Made by a program: the position numbers and the translations under genes. This document shows, piece after piece, positions 19,609-27,058 of a stretch of 46,024 nt of DNA. The stretch is from a virus (Duplodnaviria; Caudoviricetes). The notes below the pieces were generated by a model, which saw nothing but the letters and a program-made list of their open reading frames with translations, searched no databases and had not been told where the DNA came from. The stretch is taken from IMG/VR virus record IMGVR_UViG_3300032237_000164, positions 1 to 46,024 of that record, one strand, 5' to 3'. Each line of letters begins with the position of its first letter. The stretch's first letter is position 1.

Positions 19609-20248
19609 TACCGTCGTCTAACCGCACTAGGTCTTCTGGTTTTATTTCTGTCTTGGGTTCTTCTGGGCCTGGTAGCCCCAGCTCTGCGTCGCTCATCTCT
19701 AAGAGACTTCTTTCCTTTATTACTTCGTCTAACTCGTTGTCTTCTTCTGCTGGAACTACGTCACCTAGGTACTTTTCTAAAATCTGTCCCAATTCCTCGT
19801 CTACTTGCTCAACAGACCGAACCTTCATATCCACTTCGATTCTCTCCGTGAATAAACCCACACTACCAACCTTACCAAGTAGTTCAAGCGCCTTGAGTCT
19901 TATACGTGCGTCTTCATCAATGGTTTCAAGGAGAAGTTTGTTTGTGACATAGGAGCGGAGGCGACTAGAGGCGTTAAGTAAGTCCCTGTCATATTCGGAT
20001 AGTATCGCTTCTAAATGCACTAGCGACCCCGCATTCTTTTCTGAAATTTTTAGCGGAGCGTTAGACGCTGCAACACCTCGGGCCTTTACCCGGTCTTCTT
20101 CAGTAATTTCTACCTCGCCGCCAAGAGCGATGATTTCTTTAATTGTTTCAACTGCAGCTTTAGCTCGGTCTCTGAATAGTTCAATTTCTTCCGGTGTCGT
20201 GTCGAAAGGAAAAGGTATCCCAGATTCTGGCTCAATCACTATAGGCAT
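19577..20248 (-). CDS. putative terminase small subunit
   Basis: overlaps terL start; RLKALELLGK helical motif. Confidence 0.55.
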   Translation of the reverse strand: MPIVIEPESGIPFPFDTTPEEIELFRDRAKAAVETIKEIIALGGEVEITEEDRVKARGVAASNAPLKISEKNAGSLVHLEAILSEYDRDLLNASSRLRSYVTNKLLLETIDEDARIRLKALELLGKVGSVGLFTERIEVDMKVRSVEQVDEELGQILEKYLGDVVPAEEDNELDEVIKERSLLEMSDAELGLPGPEEPKTEIKPEDLVRLDDGSEVVEDFDKP

Positions 20249-20270
20249 TCGTTAGCCCCGTATAGTTGTG

Positions 20271-20636
20271 TCATTGGTCGGAGTGTACCACGGTTTTTAG
20301 GTATTCTTCATAGTGGTGTATGCGGTGGCAGTTGGCGCACAGGACTATACATTTTTTAATTTCTTTGTATGCCTTGGTAAACATCTTGCAACTGATTAGT
20401 TTACTGACCGAGTACTCTTTATCTTCTGGGTTTACGTGATGAAAGTCTAATGTGGCTATATGGGTTTGTGAACATCTGGCGCAGTGTAATGTCCCCTTGA
20501 AAGCATCCCATTTGTCTTTGCCCGTCCGTGACTGCTTGGCCGTTCTAGCCTTGGTCGCTTCTTTTGTTTTCTCGTAATGCTTGCGGCTGTATTCTTTGTG
20601 TTTCTCTTTGCGTACTATAGGGTCTTTATAGGGCAT
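20271..20636 (-). CDS. HNH endonuclease
   Basis: CARC...LDFHH...LCANCHRIHH. Confidence 0.85.
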   Translation of the reverse strand: MPYKDPIVRKEKHKEYSRKHYEKTKEATKARTAKQSRTGKDKWDAFKGTLHCARCSQTHIATLDFHHVNPEDKEYSVSKLISCKMFTKAYKEIKKCIVLCANCHRIHHYEEYLKTVVHSDQ

Positions 20637-21063
20637 CTTTGTCGTCTAAGGAATAAGTTTTAATTGGTCCGCTGCTGTTTGCATCTACATTACAGGCCCA
20701 CTCTACTCCTACTTCAGCGGTTAACCCCATACGCAAACAAACTTCGGCCGCCATACTTCCAGAACCAATCGCCATGAAGGTTCGAACCCTTTCCCATTCT
20801 AAGTCGTCACCACAAGAAAAAAGCCCATCTTTAGTTAATTTTAAAAATGAGCTGTCTGATTTAAGTTTAGGTTTTGTTTTGTTCTTTTTGCTTAAGTAGT
20901 CAACAACTTTTTCGCAATCACTCCAATTTCCTGCAACGCCTAACCAACCACCATCTATTGGAACAATCTTATCTTCAAAATATTTAATGCCAGAATCAGA
21001 ATCAGTAAACTGGCTGTCTGCAACCAGAATCTTTCTTCTCCAGTCGCCAACGATAGTAGTCAT
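20626..21063 (-). CDS. Ntn-hydrolase, HslV/proteasome beta-subunit-like peptidase
   Basis: N-terminal MTTI, ADSQ, GVAG, AIGSGS, D..S.G motifs. Confidence 0.75.
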   Translation of the reverse strand: MTTIVGDWRRKILVADSQFTDSDSGIKYFEDKIVPIDGGWLGVAGNWSDCEKVVDYLSKKNKTKPKLKSDSSFLKLTKDGLFSCGDDLEWERVRTFMAIGSGSMAAEVCLRMGLTAEVGVEWACNVDANSSGPIKTYSLDDKDAL

Positions 21064-21206
21064 TTGGTAGCCATAAGATAGAGTCCTACGTTGGAAAAGG
21101 CGTAGCCGGAGTAAATAATAAGCAATGAGATGTTGCCCTTAAGACCCTGTTCAACAGCTATGTAGGCGTAGATCATACCTGTAACAATAATAAGCCAAGC
21201 ACTCAT
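21060..21206 (-). CDS. small two-TM membrane protein (48 aa)
   Basis: Read by hand: MSAWLIIVTGMIYAYIAVEQGLKGNISLLIIYSGYAFSNVGLYLMATK; ATGA overlap with next gene. Confidence 0.7.
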   Translation of the reverse strand: MSAWLIIVTGMIYAYIAVEQGLKGNISLLIIYSGYAFSNVGLYLMATK

Positions 21207-21299
21207 TCGAATCCCTTCCGGTTTCGCGTAGTGTACTAGATGGTTTGGGCTTTGTCTAGTGTTTTTTGAATTGATTAGGGGGCCGAAACCCCCTTGATA

Positions 21300-21443
21300 T
21301 TACTTAGTTTTTGTTGCTTTAAATAGGTCTTTAGTGCTTGAAAACACGTAATTAACCCAAAACTCGTTTACTTCTTTAATACGTTCAGCCAATTCTTCGA
21401 ACTGCTTAGTTGCATCTTTGTATTGTCTTTCAAAATCAAACAT
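21300..21443 (-). CDS. small amphipathic helical protein (47 aa), possibly phasin-like
   Basis: Read by hand: MFDFERQYKDATKQFEELAERIKEVNEFWVNYVFSSTKDLFKATKTK; GAAAGGA RBS. Confidence 0.6.
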   Translation of the reverse strand: MFDFERQYKDATKQFEELAERIKEVNEFWVNYVFSSTKDLFKATKTK

Positions 21444-21463
21444 GATGTTTCCTTTCAAGTTTA

Positions 21464-21478
21464 TGTTGCGATGCAACA
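21464..21478. promoter_or_regulatory. palindromic operator TGTTGC-N3-GCAACA (PhaR-box-like)
   Basis: perfect inverted repeat 20 bp upstream of the 47-aa ORF. Confidence 0.5.
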
Positions 21479-21731
21479 ATTATACATAATTTAAACCAAA
21501 AAGTACATAAGTAAAAAACCTAGAAAATATATACCCCCCGGGGGTGTTTGCACGAAAACATAAGGCCCCCCTTTTCCTAGGGTAAACCCTTAGATAGGTC
21601 TTGGATTTTTTATATACCCCTCCCCCCTCAAAAAATCGTAATCGTTTGAGCAAAATACAGCACGAAGGGCGGGCGGGTCCCATCAGAGCCAAAATGGGGT
21701 GGTGGGGGTCAAGGGATAGGGCTGTGCCAAA

Positions 21732-21746
21732 TACTGTCTGACAGTA
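21732..21746. repeat. TACTGTC-N-GACAGTA palindrome, copy 1
   Basis: TACTGTCTGACAGTA. Confidence 0.95.
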
Positions 21747-21765
21747 CGGGAAAATCAAATACCCA

Positions 21766-21794
21766 TTGACTTAGCGCTAAGTTACGGGCACAAT
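21766..21794 (+). promoter_or_regulatory. sigma70 promoter
   Basis: TTGACT-17 bp-CACAAT upstream of 21850 gene. Confidence 0.65.
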
Positions 21795-21849
21795 AGAGTC
21801 ATCGGTTCGGGGAATACTCTTACGACGATATATTACAAGGAGTTTTAAA

Positions 21850-22338
21850 ATGACTGTTAAATTAACTGTTCAAGAATCATTGGCTCAATCTGTTGCTAAT
21901 AACATTTTGACTGCCAGCAACGCAACGCAAGCTATTGACAAGGACTGTCAAGCTATCCGCAAGGCACGCAAGAATAAGCCTCTAGGTACTGTCAAGAATG
22001 GTTGCGCCGTAATGATTCGCTTTACTGAAGTGTTAAGCAAAGCGGGCAAAGCAGAGCAGACTGTCAAGAATCTAGCGACAGCGTTCCGCAAGGCAGTAAA
22101 TGATGGCGTTCCGTTCAGTATGAATGCATATCGCAAGCCCGTAGCAAAAGGAGCGCAAACTAGCCCGAAAACTAAAGGTGCTAAGGTAGCCAGCGTTGCT
22201 TTCAAAGGGGACGCTAGCGTGGACGATATCGTCAAGGGTTTGAGAACTTTATTCAATAAGTTCAAATCAGATGATAAAACTGCAACACTAGCCAGCTTCC
22301 TACTTGATGGACTAGATGAGTACGAAGAAAGCAAGTAA
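21850..22338 (+). CDS. first early gene, basic hypothetical protein
   Basis: 162 aa, AAGGAG RBS, own promoter and terminator. Confidence 0.8.
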   Translation: MTVKLTVQESLAQSVANNILTASNATQAIDKDCQAIRKARKNKPLGTVKNGCAVMIRFTEVLSKAGKAEQTVKNLATAFRKAVNDGVPFSMNAYRKPVAKGAQTSPKTKGAKVASVAFKGDASVDDIVKGLRTLFNKFKSDDKTATLASFLLDGLDEYEESK

Positions 22339-22355
22339 GCGACTTGGTAGCACAG

Positions 22356-22385
22356 AACCCCACTCAAAAGGTGGGGTTTTTTTTT
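22356..22385 (+). terminator. intrinsic terminator
   Basis: AACCCCAC/GTGGGGTT stem plus T9. Confidence 0.85.
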
Positions 22386-22500
22386 CGCCCTTTTGCAGGG
22401 AACTGGTATCTTCTCTGTTAGTGTGCCTGACCATCAGGTTGGTGCGAGATGGTCGGAGTGGGTGCGAGGCTGGTCGAAGCGAGGGTAAACCCTAGCAAAA

Positions 22501-22515
22501 TACTGTCTGACAGTA
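22501..22515. repeat. palindrome copy 2
   Basis: TACTGTCTGACAGTA. Confidence 0.95.
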
Positions 22516-22527
22516 CGAAACCAACTT

Positions 22528-22957
22528 TGTTCACTATGTTCACTCATGTTCACTGGTGAGTGAACAGACTTTTTGTGCGTTGCAACACTCGCAACTCCTT
22601 GTTCTATATACTCTTTCTTTCTTTTATTTATTATAATATTTAGTAGTGTTCACTTGTTCACTCATTTTTAGAAAGTATGACGGGTAAAATTTTTCCTGCC
22701 TTTACATTGTTAAGTTTAATACTGTCTGACAGTACGACAGAAAGACCCTTTTCTCAGGTGTCATACTTTTGTTCATGAGTGAACATGTTAGCCGATAAAC
22801 CCGCAGAGCCTTATAAATACAGGTCGCAACCCTGTTCAACGCTGAGTGAACATTGGTGAACAAAACCCCCGAATTAGTGAACAAAGTAGCCAAACGCTTA
22901 ACAATGTAAAGGTATATTAGATTTAAAAAAACTTGTTTTGAGTTTCTCGAGTGAACA
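22528..22957. repeat. cluster of TGTTCAC/GTGAACA heptamers with AT-rich tract (origin-like)
   Basis: TGTTCAC at 22528, 22537, 22547, 22647, 22655; GTGAACA at 22560, 22779, 22846, 22856, 22877, 22951. Confidence 0.8.
22720..22734. repeat. palindrome copy 3
   Basis: TACTGTCTGACAGTA. Confidence 0.95.
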
Positions 22958-22964
22958 AACCAAA

Positions 22965-22979
22965 TACTGTCGGACAGTA
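22965..22979. repeat. palindrome copy 4
   Basis: TACTGTCGGACAGTA. Confidence 0.95.
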
Positions 22980-23073
22980 TTTAAGCCAAAAGTGAAACCA
23001 GTTTTTACAAAAGAGCAACCCCATGCAAGGGAAACGCAACCCCTGTGCAACCCCACCGAACAGAAAGACCCTA

Positions 23074-23102
23074 TTGACACAGCTTTGACTTAGCTTTATA
23101 AT
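23074..23102 (+). promoter_or_regulatory. consensus sigma70 promoter
   Basis: TTGACA-17 bp-TATAAT. Confidence 0.9.
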
Positions 23103-23147
23103 AGAGGGGTAGAGTCGAGGTATGTCATGGGACAAACCAAAACCAAA

Positions 23148-23162
23148 TACTGTCAGACAGTA
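23148..23162. repeat. palindrome copy 5
   Basis: TACTGTCAGACAGTA. Confidence 0.95.
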
Positions 23163-23357
23163 TCGTTCATTAAAAATTAGGCAAATGCTTGGCGGTGCGG
23201 GGGAATACAGACCTCAAACCAATGCCGAGTGCAGAGTAGGCGTAGCCTTGTAGATTCCATTTAAGCGGATAGTTAGTTCTCAAGCGCAAGCAGTATCTCT
23301 GCGGTAGTAGATTGTTGTGGGATATGTTTTGGGTTTACTAAACCTAATTGGGCGAAA

Positions 23358-23372
23358 TACTGTCAGACAGTA
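23358..23372. repeat. palindrome copy 6
   Basis: TACTGTCAGACAGTA. Confidence 0.95.
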
Positions 23373-23543
23373 TCAGACCCCTCAAAACCCGAACCATTCC
23401 AACCACACGCATCAATCCCTACCCATGCCCTTAACCCGTAACAACGACTGCGAGAAAATAGCAGAGGGCAAACAAACAAATAGAGGATTCATAGGACAGG
23501 TTTGAAATAGCCTGTCCGCTTGAGTTTTTTAGAGGAGGAAACC

Positions 23544-23636
23544 ATGGAGTTATTTAAAGTTTTATTTTGGGCGCTACTAGGTGTTTTCACCTATTTAGCT
23601 TTTGAGTGGAGTTTGAGATTATTGGAGTTGCTATGA
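23544..23636 (+). CDS. 30-aa hydrophobic peptide
   Basis: GAGGAGG RBS; MELFKVLFWALLGVFTYLAFEWSLRLLELL; ATGA overlap with next gene. Confidence 0.6.
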   Translation: MELFKVLFWALLGVFTYLAFEWSLRLLELL

Positions 23637-23839
23637 AAAACATATGTAGGTGTTGCGGAGATGAGTACCCACTAGCCCGTTGGGAGTTGGGCTATAAGTT
23701 TTGTATTGAATGTGGGATTGATGTAGCTAAAGCGGTGGCAGAGGGTTTTACTGTCGCTATTCCATTTAACAAGGGTGCGTATCAATACATACATAACCCA
23801 AAAGAACTATCAACAACCAACCCAAAGAGGACAACATGA
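23633..23839 (+). CDS. C4 zinc-finger protein (DksA/TraR-like finger)
   Basis: CRCCGDEYPLARWELGYKFCIECG; start placed at ATG 23633. Confidence 0.6.
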   Translation: MKNICRCCGDEYPLARWELGYKFCIECGIDVAKAVAEGFTVAIPFNKGAYQYIHNPKELSTTNPKRTT

Positions 23840-24045
23840 GAAAAACACCAAACAACAAAGCCCTGATTAAAAAGCTAATCCCTGACACAGTAGGCGAAGC
23901 GTTCCTGATAGAAGCGATGACAAGATACTGTCAGACAGTATTAGAAGATCAGACCGATTGGGGGGATAAAAGCATGATTAACCAAGACCTTTGGAATGTG
24001 TTAGCCGAGCACAACCTCAAGCTAATCAAGGAGCATTACAAATGA
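23836..24045 (+). CDS. early hypothetical protein
   Basis: GAGGA RBS, ATGA overlaps at both ends. Confidence 0.7.
   Translation: MRKTPNNKALIKKLIPDTVGEAFLIEAMTRYCQTVLEDQTDWGDKSMINQDLWNVLAEHNLKLIKEHYK
23926..23940. repeat. palindrome copy 7 (intragenic)
   Basis: TACTGTCAGACAGTA encodes YCQTV. Confidence 0.95.
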
Positions 24046-24317
24046 AAAAGTATGAACGGCGAGAACCCATGATGTTTAAACCTGTGATGACCCTGCAGGA
24101 GATAGCAGACATTATGGGTATGAGTCGGGAAAGAGTGCGTCAGATAGAGGAATCCGCATTACGAAATGCCCGCAAGGTGTTGCGTAAGAAGGGCTATAAC
24201 CCTGATAACTTCTTTTCAGACCCTCGTTATAAAAAGCCTATAACCCACAACCCCGACGCACCCGAGTCGGAATATGAACTGATGTATGACGAGAAAGAGG
24301 AGAATCAAGATGATTAG
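24042..24317 (+). CDS. sigma70 region-4-like HTH protein
   Basis: MTLQEIADIMGMSRERVRQIEESALR; AAGGAG RBS before ATG 24042. Confidence 0.8.
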   Translation: MKKYERREPMMFKPVMTLQEIADIMGMSRERVRQIEESALRNARKVLRKKGYNPDNFFSDPRYKKPITHNPDAPESEYELMYDEKEENQDD

Positions 24318-24564
24318 ATGCACCGAGTATCGCATGGGCAAACGCAAGACCTCGAGAGATAAACCCCTGAAGAAAGTTAAACCCAACACCCCGCTAGAAC
24401 TAGGTGCAAGGCTAGTCAAGGCAGACTCGACGCAAGCAAGGCGGGTGCTAGTAAGCGAGGTAATGGGCGACTTGTTTTATATATGGGGAAATAACCCTAA
24501 GCCTTGGAGGGACTATCTAACCTATGAGGAAAACATGAACCAACCAAACGGAGAACGAGCATGA
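24310..24564 (+). CDS. early hypothetical protein
   Basis: GAGGAG RBS before ATG 24310. Confidence 0.6.
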   Translation: MIRCTEYRMGKRKTSRDKPLKKVKPNTPLELGARLVKADSTQARRVLVSEVMGDLFYIWGNNPKPWRDYLTYEENMNQPNGERA

Positions 24565-24770
24565 GAACATCACTAGAAAAAAACCTAACCCCAGTCCCAC
24601 GCACCCTAAGCGAAGCAAATCGGGATGCGAAGTACGCTTGTGCAATCCAAACCTTTAGGTCAGATGCAAAATTAACCCTCGACTTTATCTGTAATGCCTT
24701 TTTAGGTGCGTTATGGGTAGCGGTAGTAGTAGGCGGTTTAGTAGGTATGTTTTATATGGCTTTTAAATAA
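24561..24770 (+). CDS. small protein with C-terminal TM helix
   Basis: PRTLSEA...AFLGALWVAVVVGGLVGMFYM. Confidence 0.65.
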   Translation: MRTSLEKNLTPVPRTLSEANRDAKYACAIQTFRSDAKLTLDFICNAFLGALWVAVVVGGLVGMFYMAFK

Positions 24771-24775
24771 CCCGA

Positions 24776-24790
24776 TACTGTCAGACAGTA
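24776..24790. repeat. palindrome copy 8
   Basis: TACTGTCAGACAGTA between stop codon and next RBS. Confidence 0.95.
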
Positions 24791-24812
24791 TCAATACACA
24801 AGGAGAATCAAA

Positions 24813-25775
24813 ATGAGTTTAGATATGTATAAGCATTTTCAACAAAGATACGATAGCACCAAGCCCATTCGTGGCAGAGCAGTAGAGGTGCGACCAATCG
24901 CCAAACGCACAAGGGATTGGGAAACAGTAGTCAAAGTATATGTAGTAGAAGATGGTGCGTTAGATGCGGAAGGTGTAACGGCATACGGCGCACACCTATA
25001 CCAAACCGACTGCGTACTCTACCTACCTAACGGCGACATTCATGTTAAGACAGGCGGGTATGCAACCCCAACAACGGCGGAGTATATCTGTCGGTACATA
25101 CCAAGAGATATGCGGTGCTATAAGAAATACAACAAGATATGGCTAGACTATAAAGATCAGGCTTACCCTATCGACACGACAAAGCCGACAATACTTAGGT
25201 ACAACAAGTTTACAGATACCTATGCGGTGGAGAACGCACAACCACTACAACAAAAGGTTATTGACCGAGTCAAGATTAAGGAAGCACGCAACAAGCTAGA
25301 GGGGTTTCGCAACTATGCCAAGATCATGCTCAAACTTGCTGATGGGTGGCTGAGTAATGACCTAGTGGAGCAACACGCAGAACCACACGCACAACATCGG
25401 GACTATTGGGGTCGTAGGTCTTACAAGATTGGTGACGAAGTAATGCGTAGCTATGAGCTAGGTGGGTCAGTAAGTAAAAAGACTGCCGAAAAATTGTACG
25501 AGGTTATGTGCGTTAGTGATGCGTCGCAGTATCCCAAACTTCTTTGCATGATATGTGCCGCAAGTGACGCAGAGGAGAACCGAGTAGTTAAGACTGAGCA
25601 AGTAGAACGCAAGGACTATAAGGGCAATCCGTATCAGGACACAATCACCACAAGGGAATACAAATATAAATACACAACTGTGGACAATCGCATCAACTAT
25701 TACATCAAGCAAGCGTGTGATGTGTATACAACTAAGGAAGTGCCAGTAGGTAAGGTAGTAACTAATCTAATCTAA
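24813..25775 (+). CDS. early hypothetical protein
   Basis: 320 aa, AAGGAG RBS; no family recognised. Confidence 0.8.
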   Translation: MSLDMYKHFQQRYDSTKPIRGRAVEVRPIAKRTRDWETVVKVYVVEDGALDAEGVTAYGAHLYQTDCVLYLPNGDIHVKTGGYATPTTAEYICRYIPRDMRCYKKYNKIWLDYKDQAYPIDTTKPTILRYNKFTDTYAVENAQPLQQKVIDRVKIKEARNKLEGFRNYAKIMLKLADGWLSNDLVEQHAEPHAQHRDYWGRRSYKIGDEVMRSYELGGSVSKKTAEKLYEVMCVSDASQYPKLLCMICAASDAEENRVVKTEQVERKDYKGNPYQDTITTREYKYKYTTVDNRINYYIKQACDVYTTKEVPVGKVVTNLI

Positions 25776-25780
25776 CCATC

Positions 25781-25809
25781 TTGACACAGCCTTAACACAG
25801 GAGTATAAT
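25781..25809 (+). promoter_or_regulatory. consensus sigma70 promoter
   Basis: TTGACA-17 bp-TATAAT; shares TTGACACAGC with promoter at 23074. Confidence 0.9.
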
Positions 25810-25858
25810 AGTAGTAATAATTAGAATTGTAGTAGAAGTTAGTGGGGTCGTAGCCTAA

Positions 25859-25873
25859 TACTGTCAGACAGTA
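25859..25873. repeat. palindrome copy 9
   Basis: TACTGTCAGACAGTA between promoter and RBS. Confidence 0.95.
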
Positions 25874-25906
25874 TTGGGTTTTTTTAATTTAAACAAGGAG
25901 AAGTAT

Positions 25907-27019
25907 ATGAGTATCAAGTTCGGAAGTTCTTTATCACTAAACGAGTTCGCCAATGCTATCGCAACTGTCGGCTCTGATGTAACCATCATCGGTCAAGGTG
26001 AGCCTGGGATTGGTAAGAGTTCTATGCTCAAGGCGGTATCTGCCCGATACCCTGACTATGAGGTAGCGTACATTGACTGTACCCTGTTAGATCTCGGGGA
26101 CTTTGCCCTTCCTTATACGGAACTGGCATCTTTAAAAGGCGAGGAAATTAAAGTCACCAAGTTTGCGCCAAACGCAAGGTTTAAATTCCAGTCGGGTAAA
26201 CCTGTCATCGTTATGCTAGATGAGATTGGTAAAGCTATGAAGGCGGTTAAGAATGTGCTACTGACCCTCATGCTAGAAAAGCGTATCGGCGATATGAAAC
26301 TACCCGAAGGGTCAATCGTGTTCGGCACAACTAATCTAGCAACAGATGGGGTAGGCGATTCACTCGAGGCTCATGCTCGCAATCGTGTTTGCTTTGTGAC
26401 TGTGCGTAAACCTCATGCGGGCTTTGGTGCAGATGGCTCAGTCGATAACGATTCGTGGGGTGCATGGGCTTTGGAGAATGATATTGCTCCCGAGATTATT
26501 GCGTGGGTTAAACAATTCCCTCATGCGCTAGAGTCCTATACCGACGCATCTCAGAAAGATAATCTATATATCTTTAACCCTATCAAAGCGGGTCAGTCAG
26601 CGTTTGTTACCCCTCGTAGTTTAGAGAAGGCAAGTCATATTGCTAAGAAGCGTAGCCTACTCGGTGATTCAGTAACTATCTCTGCGTTGGCGGGCACTAT
26701 CGGGGAATCTGCGGCTCGTGATATGCAAGCGTTCTTTACTGTGGTGGACAAGCTACCAACATGGGAAGCGATTTGTGATTCACCATCAACGGCTAAAGTC
26801 CCTGACGATGCGGTAGCTAAATGTATCTTGGTGTTCTCAGCTATCACTCGGGTTGATAAGGATACGCTACCTAAATGGCTCAAGTATGCGGATAGATTAG
26901 ACAAAGAACTTCAGGCTCTTTTTGCCCGTTCAGTAGTGAAGTCTACATCTAAGCAAGCGATGGCGGTGTCCAACAAGGAGTTTGTGAAATGGGCTACCGA
27001 TAACCAATGGTTGTTCTAA
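25907..27019 (+). CDS. MoxR/AAA_5-like AAA+ ATPase
   Basis: GEPGIGKS Walker A, VMLDE Walker B, GTTN sensor, TPRS; start placed at ATG 25907 after AAGGAG. Confidence 0.85.
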   Translation: MSIKFGSSLSLNEFANAIATVGSDVTIIGQGEPGIGKSSMLKAVSARYPDYEVAYIDCTLLDLGDFALPYTELASLKGEEIKVTKFAPNARFKFQSGKPVIVMLDEIGKAMKAVKNVLLTLMLEKRIGDMKLPEGSIVFGTTNLATDGVGDSLEAHARNRVCFVTVRKPHAGFGADGSVDNDSWGAWALENDIAPEIIAWVKQFPHALESYTDASQKDNLYIFNPIKAGQSAFVTPRSLEKASHIAKKRSLLGDSVTISALAGTIGESAARDMQAFFTVVDKLPTWEAICDSPSTAKVPDDAVAKCILVFSAITRVDKDTLPKWLKYADRLDKELQALFARSVVKSTSKQAMAVSNKEFVKWATDNQWLF

Positions 27020-27025
27020 ACCAAA

Positions 27026-27040
27026 TACTGTCAGACAGTA
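27026..27040. repeat. palindrome copy 10
   Basis: TACTGTCAGACAGTA between ATPase stop and next RBS. Confidence 0.95.
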
Positions 27041-27058
27041 TTACGAAAGGAGAAACAA

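Noticed and set aside
3121-19952. Plus-strand ORFs over the late genes, and minus-strand ORFs over the early arm
   Set aside because: Antisense shadows of well-supported genes
21277-21294. AGGGGG-CCGAAA-CCCCCT hairpin as a terminator
   Set aside because: The stem is real, but there is no U-tract on the minus strand, so it was not called
22528-22957. Chromosomal parS sites
   Set aside because: TGTTCAC resembles a parS half-site, but no 16-bp TGTTTCACGTGAAACA-type site and no ParA/ParB genes are present
22501-23372. CRISPR array
   Set aside because: Repeats are only 15-23 bp, spacing is ~200 bp and irregular, and there is no cas operon
23303-23423. Integron attC site
   Set aside because: No clear RYYYAAC/GTTRRRY ends and no integron integrase in the window
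21480-23505. Short ORFs 21480..21758, 22702..22893, 22898..23080, 22923..23135 and 23317..23505
   Set aside because: No clear RBS; shared YCQTV/NTVRQY peptides merely translate the DNA palindrome
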